A stretch of DNA of 24,000 bases from Aquificaceae bacterium (GTDB taxonomy: Bacteria; Aquificota; Aquificia; Aquificales; Aquificaceae): positions 23,922 to 47,921 of the forward strand of contig JALWVU010000030.1 in the NCBI GenBank assembly GCA_027079305.1, read 5' to 3'. Positions 6,540-15,393 of the stretch are shown piece by piece; the first letter of the stretch is position 1, and every line of letters begins with the position of its first letter. The notes beneath the pieces are model-generated. The model was given only the letters and a program-made list of their open reading frames with translations, was not told the origin of the DNA and did no database searches. Made by a program: the position numbers and the translations under genes.

Positions 6540-9500
6540 ATGGAGATCATCGAAGTCCCCATAGAGGAAGAGGTAAAGCAGTCCTACATAGACTACGCCA
6601 TGTCCGTCATAGTGGGGAGGGCGATCCCCGACGTCAGAGACGGCCTCAAGCCCGTCCAGAGAAGGATACTCTACGCGATGTATGAGATGGGGCTCACTCC
6701 CGATAAGCCCTTCAAGAAGAGCGCGAGGATAGTGGGGGAGTGCTTCGTAAGGGGAACCAAGGTGGTTACCTCCGAAGGGATAAAGAACATAGAGGAGGTG
6801 GAGAGGGGCGATCTGGTTTACACTTCGAGAGGATTGAAGAGAGTTTCGGAGCTTTACGTTATGCCTCCCCAGCCCCTGAAGGAGGTGGTGGTCGATACGG
6901 GCCTGTCGGTAAGATGCACTCCTGGCCAGATGTTCAAGGTTCTGACTCCGGAAGGTGATCTGGTATGGAGGAGGGCCAAGGATCTTAAGGAGGGCGATTT
7001 CCTTCTGCTTAGGGGTGTCTTCCCTGAAGTGGAGAGCAGGATCAAGGTAGAAGGTGTGGAGATAGACGAGAGTCTTGCCTACCTGATAGGCCTGCTGGTC
7101 GGCGACGGCTGGGTTGAGAAAGACAGGCGTGGATACCACAGGGTGGGGCTGTTTATCTCGGACAAAAGGATGAGGGAGAGGGTAGAGAGTATACTTTCTT
7201 CGAAAGGCTTCAGCTTTTCGAGGTCCAAGGACGGCACCGTAAGACTCAACTCAAGAAACTCAAGGACCATCATCAGGATCCTCGAGGCGGATGAGAATCT
7301 AAGCGCAAAGACGAAAAGGATCCCGAGCTGGGTGTTTAAAGCTGATAGGGGGACGGTTCTGGCCTTTGTCTCCGGACTCATAGACTCAGACGGAAGCGTT
7401 CACAAGAGCAGGAACGTTATTACCTTCACTTCCGTCTCGAAGGAGCTTATCAGGGACCTTCAGATCCTCCTCTTCTACCTCGGCATCCCGGCCAGGGTCT
7501 ACACTCAGAGACCTAAGGGTAACAAGATCGGAGGAAGGGAAATAAGACCTAACTACGATACTCACACTCTCGAGATATCGGGACACTATGTGTTGAAGAT
7601 CTTCGCCTCTCCCGTATTGCCCGTTAAAGCGGAGCGCTTGTGCGGGGAAAGGATAACCAAGAGGGTTAAGGCGGATGTGGTGCCTTACATAGGAGGCCTG
7701 TTGCTGAAGGAGTTTTCAGAGAAACATATCGGAGGGGGCTGGTATCTTACGTCGGAAGGTAAAAAAGTTAGGTGCGGTATAAGGTATCCAACAGGAACGA
7801 AGATAAGGTATTCTGCGGATCTGAAGGAGAGGTTTATCCTCTACAAAACAGCTCTGGAAGACCTGAACATCTTAAATAAGGCCGAGCTCGTAGGCTCGAG
7901 GTATGCGAGGCTGCTGAAAGATACACTGGATAAGGGCTGGTTCTTCCTCAGGGTAAAGGAAGTTAAAGACGCTCCTCCCGAGGAGACCTACGACATACAG
8001 GTTGAGGAGGATCACGAGTTTCTGGCTAACGGCTTTGTAGTCCACAACTGCCTCGGAAAGTATCATCCCCACGGGGATCAGGCGGTCTACGACGCCCTCG
8101 TCAGGATGGCCCAGGATTTCTCCATGAGGTATCCCCTCATAATCGGGCAGGGGAACTACGGCTCGGTGGACGGGGACCCGCCGGCCCAGATGAGATACTG
8201 CGTAACGGAGGGCTCCCTCGTCCTGACGAAGAGGGGCCTAATCCCGATCGAGTCCATAGTTCCCGATTCTAAGGACTCCTCGGAGCACGAGATAGATCTG
8301 GAGGTTCTGTCTTTAAACGGGAAGATCAACAGAGCGGACAGATTCTTCAACTCGGGAAAGCATCCCACAATAAAGGTAAGGACCGCCACGGGTCTCGAGA
8401 TAGAGGGGAGCTACAACCATCCCCTTTTAACTCTCGTCAGAGGGGAAGGGGGCAGGCCCACCTACAGGTGGAAGACACTTGAGGAGCTACGGGAGGGGGA
8501 CTACATCGTTGTTGCCAGAGACTCTCAGCTCTTCCCCGATGAGGATCTCATAACGGAGGAGGAGGCCTTCCTTTTGGGAAGCTTCGTTAGTGAGGGATAC
8601 ATAAACGATGGAAGGGTTGGATTTTCTAATGTGAATACAGAGTTTGTGGAAGAGTTCGAAAGGTGTCTCTCGAAAGCTCATGCAGGTTCCTACTGCGCTT
8701 ACGAAAGAAAGCTAAGGAGCGGGAAAACGATAACCGAGTTCCAGATACACAGCAGAGAGTTTATAGAGCGCATAAAGGATCTTGGCTTCAACCACAAGGC
8801 TGGGGAGAAGGAGATCCCTCAGGTGGTCCTGAGATCCTCTAAAAGGGTCCAGAGGGCTTTCCTGAGGGCGCTCTTTGAAGGAGACGGGAGCGTAAGCAAG
8901 GTGGGCCAAACTGTTCTGGTCTTTTACCACTCCAAGAGCCTGAAGCTTATAAAACAGCTCCAGATAGTTCTCCTTAACTTCGGGATAGTGAGCAGGATCC
9001 ACAGGGACAGACATATATACAGGCTTCTGATAAGCGGTGCACACAACCTCAAGAAGTTCTCCGAAGAAATAGGCTTCGTAAGCGAGAAGCAGAAGAAGCT
9101 TGAAGAGTATCTGAAGGACTACGGAAAAGCCCTCAGCAGAACGGACAGGATACCTTTCCTATCGGAATACCTGAGAAGAAAATACAGGTTCAGGTTCAAC
9201 GAGTGGTTCGTAAAGCACAACCTCGACAGATACGAGAGCCTGGAAAGGTATATGCACGTCCTTGAAAAATACTTAGATGAAGAGGATCTAAGGCACGTAA
9301 AGGAGCTTCTCAGGAACAGGTACTTCTTCGATCAGGTTGTCTCCAAGGAGTTCGGGGGATACAAGACAGTCTACTCTATAAGGGTTCAGAGCAGGTGCCA
9401 CTCCTTCGTGGCTAACGGGATAATAAACCACAACACCGAAGCCAAGCTCTCCAAGATTGCGGTCGAGATGCTCGAGGACATAGACAAAGAAACGGTAGAC

Positions 9501-11426
9501 TTCGTCCCCAACTTCGACGAGTCCCTCACGGAGCCCACGGTCCTCCCCTCTAAGTTCCCCAACCTCCTCTGCAACGGGACCGCGGGTATAGCGGTGGGGC
9601 TGGCGACCTCCATACCACCCCATAACCTGAGGGAGGTGGGGAAGGCCCTGATAGAGCTTGCCAAGAACCCCAACATGACCACCGAGGAGATCCTCCAGAT
9701 CATAAAGGGCCCTGACTTCCCCACGGGAGGGGTTGTGGAGAACGCCAAGGACCTTAAGGAGATCTACGAGACGGGGAGGGGAACGATACAGGTCAAGGCC
9801 AAGGCCCACGTGGAGAAGGTCCAGGGGGGAAGGGAGCAGATCGTGGTCTCGGAGATCCCCTACCAGGTGAACAAGGCGGAGCTCATAAAGAAGATAGCGG
9901 ACAACGTGAGAAGCGGGAGGCTCAAGGAGATCTCGGACATAAGGGACGAGTCGGACAAGGAGGGGATAAGGATAGTCATAGAGCTCAAGAGGGAGGCAAA
10001 GGGGGAGAAGGTCCTGAAAAAACTCTTCAAATACACCCAGCTCAGGAAAGGCTTTCCCGTTAACCTTGTGGTCCTCGTGAACGGGGAGCCGAAGCTGGTG
10101 GGCATAAAGGAGCTTCTGAGGGAGTTCATAAGGCACAGGCTCGAGGTTATCCTGAGGAGAACCAGGTTCTTCCTGAGAAAGGCGGAGGACAGGCTCCACG
10201 TGGTTCAGGGGCTCCTGATAGCGATAAACAACCTGGACGAGGTGATAGAGGGGATAAGGAAATCAAAGGATCCCGCGGAAGCGAGGGATATGCTCCAGGC
10301 GCGCTTCGGTCTGACCGAGAGGCAGGCCCAGGCGGTTCTGGATCTCAGGCTCCACAGGCTCACCTCCCTCGAGAGGGACAGACTAAGGCAGGAGGAGGCG
10401 GATCTGCTCCAGAAGATCGATTACTACCGAAAGGTGATAGGTAGCGAGGAGGAGAGGATAAGGATCTTTATAGAGGAGACGCAGGAGCTTGTAAAGAAAT
10501 ACGGAGATCCCAGGAGGACTTTCATAGAGGGCCTCGAAGGAGAGCTGGAGGAGGGATCCCTTGTGGTCACCGTATTGGAGAACGGGAAGGTAATTCCCCT
10601 CGAAGAGATGCCCGAGGGCGAGGCTCCCGTTGTGGACATCCTCGACGTTCCCTTCACCGAAGGTCTTTTCCTGGTCTCCAACAGGGGAAGGGTCTACTGG
10701 CTGGCGGGCTCTCAGGCCCTGAGGGGTAGCAGGGTCCACTTCAAGGAGTCTGAAGAGAGGATAGTGGGGGCCTTCATAAGGGAGCAGTTCGCGGACAGGC
10801 TTCTCCTCGCCACCAGAAACGGGATGATAAAGAAGATCCCCCTCGTTGAGTTCGAATACAAGGCCCAGGGGATGAGGATAATAAAGCTGGCTGAGGACGA
10901 CGAGGTGGTGGGCATAGCCCAGTCCATAGATATGAGCGACGTCCTCGTCTTCACCAGAAGAGGTAAGGTGGCCAGGTTCAACGTGAGGGAGATACCTCCC
11001 GCCACCCCCGGGACCAAGGGGGCCCAGGGCATAAAGCTCGAGGAGAGCGACGAGGTGGTGGGGATAAGGATAATCAGGGAAGAGCCCTTCCTGATAGTGG
11101 TGACGCCCGACGGGAAGGCCAAGAGGATATACCAGGAAGAGGTTCCCGTCAGGAACAGGGGAGTAAAAGGGGTTGGTGTTCTCGGCTCTGCGAGGGAGAG
11201 GTTGATAGACCTGCTTCCCATAAAGGAAGAGCTCGAGGTGTTGGTGAGCACCAAGCTCGGTAAGGCCTTTTACGACAGGATAAGGGCCGGGGACGTCCCC
11301 CTCACCAAGAGGGACAGGCTCGCCAGGCCCAGGTGGGATCTGGAGGAGGGAGACGAGATCAGGAGGGTCGTTATAAAGTCCGAGGTAAAAGAGGATGAGG
11401 AGAGTCAGAATTCTGATCAAGCCTAA
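6540..11426 (+). CDS. gyrA: Type IIA topoisomerase subunit A (GyrA/ParC family) precursor interrupted by two inteins; predicted spliced product 780 aa
   Basis: Exteins match GyrA closely: [32 protein letters not shown], [10 protein letters not shown], [45 protein letters not shown]. The 1628-aa ORF is about twice normal GyrA length, and the excess is explained by two intein insertions. Confidence 0.95.
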   Translation: MEIIEVPIEEEVKQSYIDYAMSVIVGRAIPDVRDGLKPVQRRILYAMYEMGLTPDKPFKKSARIVGECFVRGTKVVTSEGIKNIEEVERGDLVYTSRGLKRVSELYVMPPQPLKEVVVDTGLSVRCTPGQMFKVLTPEGDLVWRRAKDLKEGDFLLLRGVFPEVESRIKVEGVEIDESLAYLIGLLVGDGWVEKDRRGYHRVGLFISDKRMRERVESILSSKGFSFSRSKDGTVRLNSRNSRTIIRILEADENLSAKTKRIPSWVFKADRGTVLAFVSGLIDSDGSVHKSRNVITFTSVSKELIRDLQILLFYLGIPARVYTQRPKGNKIGGREIRPNYDTHTLEISGHYVLKIFASPVLPVKAERLCGERITKRVKADVVPYIGGLLLKEFSEKHIGGGWYLTSEGKKVRCGIRYPTGTKIRYSADLKERFILYKTALEDLNILNKAELVGSRYARLLKDTLDKGWFFLRVKEVKDAPPEETYDIQVEEDHEFLANGFVVHNCLGKYHPHGDQAVYDALVRMAQDFSMRYPLIIGQGNYGSVDGDPPAQMRYCVTEGSLVLTKRGLIPIESIVPDSKDSSEHEIDLEVLSLNGKINRADRFFNSGKHPTIKVRTATGLEIEGSYNHPLLTLVRGEGGRPTYRWKTLEELREGDYIVVARDSQLFPDEDLITEEEAFLLGSFVSEGYINDGRVGFSNVNTEFVEEFERCLSKAHAGSYCAYERKLRSGKTITEFQIHSREFIERIKDLGFNHKAGEKEIPQVVLRSSKRVQRAFLRALFEGDGSVSKVGQTVLVFYHSKSLKLIKQLQIVLLNFGIVSRIHRDRHIYRLLISGAHNLKKFSEEIGFVSEKQKKLEEYLKDYGKALSRTDRIPFLSEYLRRKYRFRFNEWFVKHNLDRYESLERYMHVLEKYLDEEDLRHVKELLRNRYFFDQVVSKEFGGYKTVYSIRVQSRCHSFVANGIINHNTEAKLSKIAVEMLEDIDKETVDFVPNFDESLTEPTVLPSKFPNLLCNGTAGIAVGLATSIPPHNLREVGKALIELAKNPNMTTEEILQIIKGPDFPTGGVVENAKDLKEIYETGRGTIQVKAKAHVEKVQGGREQIVVSEIPYQVNKAELIKKIADNVRSGRLKEISDIRDESDKEGIRIVIELKREAKGEKVLKKLFKYTQLRKGFPVNLVVLVNGEPKLVGIKELLREFIRHRLEVILRRTRFFLRKAEDRLHVVQGLLIAINNLDEVIEGIRKSKDPAEARDMLQARFGLTERQAQAVLDLRLHRLTSLERDRLRQEEADLLQKIDYYRKVIGSEEERIRIFIEETQELVKKYGDPRRTFIEGLEGELEEGSLVVTVLENGKVIPLEEMPEGEAPVVDILDVPFTEGLFLVSNRGRVYWLAGSQALRGSRVHFKESEERIVGAFIREQFADRLLLATRNGMIKKIPLVEFEYKAQGMRIIKLAEDDEVVGIAQSIDMSDVLVFTRRGKVARFNVREIPPATPGTKGAQGIKLEESDEVVGIRIIREEPFLIVVTPDGKAKRIYQEEVPVRNRGVKGVGVLGSARERLIDLLPIKEELEVLVSTKLGKAFYDRIRAGDVPLTKRDRLARPRWDLEEGDEIRRVVIKSEVKEDEESQNSDQA
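6741..8048 (+). mobile_element. Intein 1 (436 aa) with a LAGLIDADG homing-endonuclease domain, inserted just upstream of the GKYHPHGD helix
   Basis: Begins with Cys ([10 protein letters not shown]) right after ARIVGE. Ends in VVHN followed by +1 Cys ([10 protein letters not shown]). Two dodecapeptide motifs are present: [14 protein letters not shown] and [14 protein letters not shown]. Removing it restores a contiguous GyrA sequence. Confidence 0.9.
8199..9434 (+). mobile_element. Intein 2 (412 aa) with a LAGLIDADG endonuclease domain, inserted immediately after the catalytic Tyr (MRY|C...HN|TEA), the site used by mycobacterial GyrA inteins
   Basis: Starts [13 protein letters not shown] and ends [10 protein letters not shown] with +1 Thr. 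Block B is [10 protein letters not shown]. Dodecapeptide motifs are [12 protein letters not shown] and [12 protein letters not shown]. Long stretches resemble the M. xenopi GyrA intein as I recall it (IDLxVL...ADRxFxSGxHP...VRT..GL...G...NHPLL.LV). Confidence 0.93.
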
Positions 11427-11616
11427 GGAGGGTCTTCTCGATCCCCAGGGGAGGGCGGTCGAGGAGATGCTCAAGGACAACGGCTTTGAGGTCCGGCACG
11501 TTAAGGTGGGGAAGCTGGTAGAGATGGAAGTCGGAGAGGGGGAGGACGTAAAAAAGCTCGTGGAGAAGTTCATAATCAATCCCCTGATAGAGGATTACGA
11601 GATAGAGGAACTCTGA
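11395..11616 (+). CDS. purS: Phosphoribosylformylglycinamidine synthase subunit PurS
   Basis: 73-aa [34 protein letters not shown] is the typical PurS N-terminus. It lies directly upstream of purQ and overlaps the gyrA 3' end by 32 nt. Confidence 0.9.
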   Translation: MRRVRILIKPKEGLLDPQGRAVEEMLKDNGFEVRHVKVGKLVEMEVGEGEDVKKLVEKFIINPLIEDYEIEEL

Positions 11617-12299
11617 TGAGGTTTGCGGTATGCGTCTTCCCCGGATCCAACTGCGACTACGACACCTACTACGTTATAAGGGACGTTCTGGAAAAGGAGG
11701 TGGACTTCGTCTTCCACGACCAGAGGGATCTCTCCAAATACGACTGTGTGGTCCTTCCGGGAGGCTTCTCTTACGGAGATTATCTCAGACCCGGAGCCCT
11801 GGCATCTAAGAGTCCCCTCGCGGAGGCTGTGGCTGAGTTTGCGAGCAGGGGAAAACTCGTTCTGGGAATATGCAACGGTTTTCAGATCCTGACCGAGCTC
11901 CACCTACTCCCGGGCGCTCTCCTTCCGAACCTGAGCATGAGGTTCGTCTGCAAAGATGTCCACCTCAGAGTCGAGAACGGGAACACCCCTCTCACAAAGA
12001 AGCTCGAAGAGGGGGAGATCCTCAGGATTCCCATAGCCCACCACGACGGCAGATACTACGTTCCCAAAAAAGAGCTGAAGGATATGGAAGAAAGGGGCCA
12101 GATCCTCTTCAGATACGTGGACGGGGAGGGAAATCCTACCGATGAAGCCAATCCGAACGGGTCCGTTTCCAACATAGCAGGTGTTATGAACAGGGAGGGA
12201 AACGTCTTCGGTATGATGCCCCATCCGGAGAGGGCCTCCGAGGACATACTGGGAAGCCATGACGGCCTTATGCTGTGGTATTCTCTAATTAGTGATTGA
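11616..12299 (+). CDS. purQ: Phosphoribosylformylglycinamidine synthase glutaminase subunit PurQ
   Basis: FPGSNCDYD, the nucleophile elbow GICNGFQIL and MMPHPER (class I amidotransferase triad). The start overlaps the purS stop (TGATG). Confidence 0.95.
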   Translation: MRFAVCVFPGSNCDYDTYYVIRDVLEKEVDFVFHDQRDLSKYDCVVLPGGFSYGDYLRPGALASKSPLAEAVAEFASRGKLVLGICNGFQILTELHLLPGALLPNLSMRFVCKDVHLRVENGNTPLTKKLEEGEILRIPIAHHDGRYYVPKKELKDMEERGQILFRYVDGEGNPTDEANPNGSVSNIAGVMNREGNVFGMMPHPERASEDILGSHDGLMLWYSLISD

Positions 12300-13389
12300 G
12301 GTAAGCCTCGTAAAGGAAGCTGTAAAGCAGAGGAAGGCCCGCTCCGAGGAGTTCCTGGGGCTTGAATACCTGAGGTTTTCAGACGACTACAAAGACATTC
12401 CCAGAGGAACCGCCGTATTCCAGGACACGGTGGTGTGGGGATACCCCCACATAGGAAGGATATTCATGCTCGAGAAAGGAATCAGAGAGCAGTTCAAGAA
12501 TCCCTTCTGGGTTGAGGAGAAGGTGGACGGCTACAACGTGAGGATATTTAAGGTTGGGGACAGGGTGATCGCCCTGTCCAGGGGAGGATACCTCTGCCCC
12601 TTCACCATAGACAGGCTTCCCGAGTTCATAAACTTAGAGTTCTTTGAGGAGAACCCCGACTTCGTCCTCTGTGCGGAGGTGGCTGGCCCCGAGAACCCCT
12701 ACATAGAGGAGAGCCCCCCCTTCGTTAAGGAGGACATCAAGATCTTCGTCTTCGACATAATGAGGAAGAACGAGCAGGGCTTTTTAAGTCAGGAGGAGAA
12801 GCTGAAGCTCATAGAAAAGTACTCCCTTCCGAGCGTGGAGGTCTTCGGGAGGTTCACCCACGAGGATGTAGACAGGCTCAAGAAACTGCTTATAGAGCTG
12901 AACGAGGAGGGAAGGGAAGGGGTGGTTCTCAAGGAGGACTCGGAGGAGAACAGGAGGGCCAAGTATATCACCAGCTACGCCAACCTGAGCGACATAAAGG
13001 TTACCACCAAAAACATGCTCCAGCTACCTCCCGAATACTACACCAACAGGATACTCAGGCTCGTCCTCTTCATGGAGGAGGAGGGGATAGAGAGGACGGA
13101 GCACCTTTACGAGGAGCTGGGAAGGGCCTTCATAGACGGCCTCTTCGAAGCCATAGAGCAGTTCAAAAGGGAGCACAAGGTATACAGGACCTTCAGATGC
13201 AGGTTCAGGAAGAAAGAAAACGCCCTGGCTCTGATGGAGCTTCTCCACAGAACCTCCAGGCACATACAGGTGGTCCAGAGGGATCTGAGGGAGGAAAAGG
13301 GCTACTGGGTCCTTACCTTCGACAAGATCTTTCTCAACATGACGGGACTTCTGGGACACCTACTCGGTGGCGGGCTTGTGTTTGATTAG
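12292..13389 (+). CDS. ATP-dependent RNA ligase, Pab1020/Rnl3-type
   Basis: Nucleotidyltransferase motifs are in order: [10 protein letters not shown] (motif I, KxDG), ALSRGGY, CAEVAG, IFVFDI, EGVVLKE, RRAKYIT. The GTG start at 12292 overlaps the purQ stop by 8 nt. Family assignment is from recalled motif patterns. Confidence 0.85.
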   Translation: MIEVSLVKEAVKQRKARSEEFLGLEYLRFSDDYKDIPRGTAVFQDTVVWGYPHIGRIFMLEKGIREQFKNPFWVEEKVDGYNVRIFKVGDRVIALSRGGYLCPFTIDRLPEFINLEFFEENPDFVLCAEVAGPENPYIEESPPFVKEDIKIFVFDIMRKNEQGFLSQEEKLKLIEKYSLPSVEVFGRFTHEDVDRLKKLLIELNEEGREGVVLKEDSEENRRAKYITSYANLSDIKVTTKNMLQLPPEYYTNRILRLVLFMEEEGIERTEHLYEELGRAFIDGLFEAIEQFKREHKVYRTFRCRFRKKENALALMELLHRTSRHIQVVQRDLREEKGYWVLTFDKIFLNMTGLLGHLLGGGLVFD

Positions 13390-13956
13390 GCCCTCCAGGA
13401 TCCCCTTGAAGTTCCTCGGATCTATAAGCTTTATCCCCACCTTGTCCGCCCACTTCCTGAGACCCTCGTCCGCGGTGACTATCACCCCGTCCAGCTCGTA
13501 GGCTAGAAGCAGAACGTCCACGTCCTCCCTGCTGTCTATTATCCCCTGCCTGAGTGCTTCTCTATACTTCTCCCTCAGTCTGCTCACCACCTTACCCACG
13601 TCCTCCTCCGCCAGCTTCCCCGCCTCCTTGGTGTGCTCCTCGGCGATCCTGAGGCCCTTGTTTATCCTCTGCCTTATCTCCTCTATAAGCTCGTAGAGGA
13701 TCTCGCTCGGTATCATTAGAGAGTATTTCCTCGGGGATCTGATCCTGACCACCATCTCGAACTCGGGAGCCAGGTGCCTGAGGTCCACCATCTTGAGCAT
13801 CTCGTCGTAGACGGAGGTGGGCATGTAGAAGCTTGCCCCAGAGTGTATGGCCAGATGTATGAAGTTCTCTATGGCCCCCAGCTGGTCCTTTTCACCGAAG
13901 GTCTGGTAAACGTCCGGGTTGGTGAATACGCTCGTGTCCAGAACGAAGCTCTCCAT
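13360..13956 (-). CDS. PIN-domain protein of the RNA-ligase-partner (MJ_0950-like) type
   Basis: PIN signatures: N-terminal FVLDTSVF and C-terminal [22 protein letters not shown]. It is adjacent and convergent to the Pab1020-type ligase, a pairing I recall from archaea and Aquifex. The 3' ends overlap by 30 nt. Confidence 0.8.
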   Translation of the reverse strand: MESFVLDTSVFTNPDVYQTFGEKDQLGAIENFIHLAIHSGASFYMPTSVYDEMLKMVDLRHLAPEFEMVVRIRSPRKYSLMIPSEILYELIEEIRQRINKGLRIAEEHTKEAGKLAEEDVGKVVSRLREKYREALRQGIIDSREDVDVLLLAYELDGVIVTADEGLRKWADKVGIKLIDPRNFKGILEGLIKHKPATE

Positions 13957-14025
13957 AAGTCCTATTTTAGCTGAGGAAAGAAAGTCTTAATTGACCTTCT
14001 CCTCCCGTGTGCCAAAATTGACACT

Positions 14026-15393
14026 ATGGTCAGCATACTGGTTGTGGAGGACGACGAGAGCCTGAGTTCCCTCATAGGGAGAAAATTGAAGAGGAAGGGC
14101 TTCAGGGTTGATGCGGTCGGAAGCGGTGAGGAAGCCAAAGAGCTTATAGAAAAAGGAAACTACGACGTGGTCCTTCTGGATATAAAACTCTCGGATATGA
14201 ACGGCCTCGACCTTCTTAAAGAGATTTCGGGGAGGACCAATGCCAAGTTCATAGTGATAACGGGATATGGGGATGTAAGCACCGCGGTGGAGGCCATGAA
14301 AGCGGGAGCGTCAGACTTCATCCAGAAACCCTTCTCCTTCGACATCCTGGAGGTAAGCATAGAGAAGGCCCTTAAAGAGAAGCGTCTCGAGGAAGAGAAC
14401 AAAGCTCTCAAGAGCTTCCTCTTCGACAAGGAGCACGAGATAGTCCTCGAGACCAGAAGTCCCCTCTTTAAAAACATACTTCAGATGATAGAGGGAGCGG
14501 CCAGAAGTGACATAAACATACTTCTGAGAGGGGAGACGGGAACGGGTAAGGAGGTCCTCGCCAGATACATCCACAGGATATCTGACAGAAGGGATAAGCC
14601 CTTCATCGTGGTGGACTGCGGGGCCATACCCGAGCACCTCTTCGAGAGCGAGCTATTCGGCCACGAGAGAGGGGCCTACACGGGAGCCACGAGTAGGAAG
14701 CTGGGTCTGGTGGAGCTTGCGGACGGAGGGACGCTCTTTCTGGACGAGATAGGGGAGATACCCCTGCCCGTTCAGGCTAAACTCCTGAGGTTCGTGGAGA
14801 CGAGGAGGTTCAGGAGGGTGGGAGGCCTCAAGGAACACAGGGTGGACGTGAGGATAATCTCCGCCACCAACAGGGATCTTAAGGAGATGGTGAGGAAGGG
14901 AGAGTTCAGGAGCGATCTTCTTTACAGGATAAACACCTTTGAGGTGGAGATACCGCCCCTGAGGGAAAGGAAGGAGGACATTCCCCTTCTTGTAGAAACC
15001 TTTCTGAGGAGATACAGGAAGAGGATCAAAAAGGAGACACTCAAAAAGCTCACGGCCTACGACTGGCCGGGGAACGTAAGGGAGCTAAGAAACGCTATAG
15101 AGAGGGCTTCGCTCCTTTCTAAAGGAGAGTATATAGACGAGAACCTCTGCCTTCCTTCGGGGGAGAGCAAGGAAGCCTGCATGGAAAATATCTTCTCCGC
15201 TATGCCCTCCCTGAAAGATCTCGAACTTCTCTACACCGCCTACCTATACAGGAAGCTGGGAAGTGTGGACAAGGTTGCTAAGGTGCTGGGGTGTAGCAGG
15301 AGGACCGTTTTCAGAAAGCTCAGAGAACTAAGAGAGAGGAATGGAAACTTTGAAGGTAGCCCCTTCTCCCAACTTGGTGTCCACAGAGATTGA
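14026..15393 (+). CDS. Sigma-54-dependent two-component response regulator (NtrC family): receiver + AAA+ + Fis-type HTH
   Basis: Receiver domain (ILVVEDDE...VVLLDIKLSDMNG). AAA+ domain with Walker A GETGTGKE, the sigma-54 contact loop ESELFGHERGAYTGA (GAFTGA variant) and DEIGEIP. C-terminal HTH is VAKVLGCSRRTVFRKLRE. Confidence 0.93.
   Translation: MVSILVVEDDESLSSLIGRKLKRKGFRVDAVGSGEEAKELIEKGNYDVVLLDIKLSDMNGLDLLKEISGRTNAKFIVITGYGDVSTAVEAMKAGASDFIQKPFSFDILEVSIEKALKEKRLEEENKALKSFLFDKEHEIVLETRSPLFKNILQMIEGAARSDINILLRGETGTGKEVLARYIHRISDRRDKPFIVVDCGAIPEHLFESELFGHERGAYTGATSRKLGLVELADGGTLFLDEIGEIPLPVQAKLLRFVETRRFRRVGGLKEHRVDVRIISATNRDLKEMVRKGEFRSDLLYRINTFEVEIPPLRERKEDIPLLVETFLRRYRKRIKKETLKKLTAYDWPGNVRELRNAIERASLLSKGEYIDENLCLPSGESKEACMENIFSAMPSLKDLELLYTAYLYRKLGSVDKVAKVLGCSRRTVFRKLRELRERNGNFEGSPFSQLGVHRD

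Noticed and set aside
6180-7139. 319-aa minus-strand ORF spanning the rtcA/gyrA junction, plus other antisense ORFs inside gyrA (9288..10199, 10383..11579, 10712..11254 and others)
   Set aside because: They are antisense to strongly supported genes (RtcA, GyrA exteins and inteins). The sequences are proline/leucine/arginine-rich without motifs, and there is no SD-start context.
13991-14025. TTGACC and TTGACA hexamers upstream of the response-regulator gene as sigma-70 -35 elements, and GTGCCAAAATTGAC as a sigma-54-like site
   Set aside because: No acceptable -10 hexamer lies at 16-18 bp from either TTGAC(C/A). The GC/GG spacing does not fit the -24/-12 pattern. No promoter is called here.
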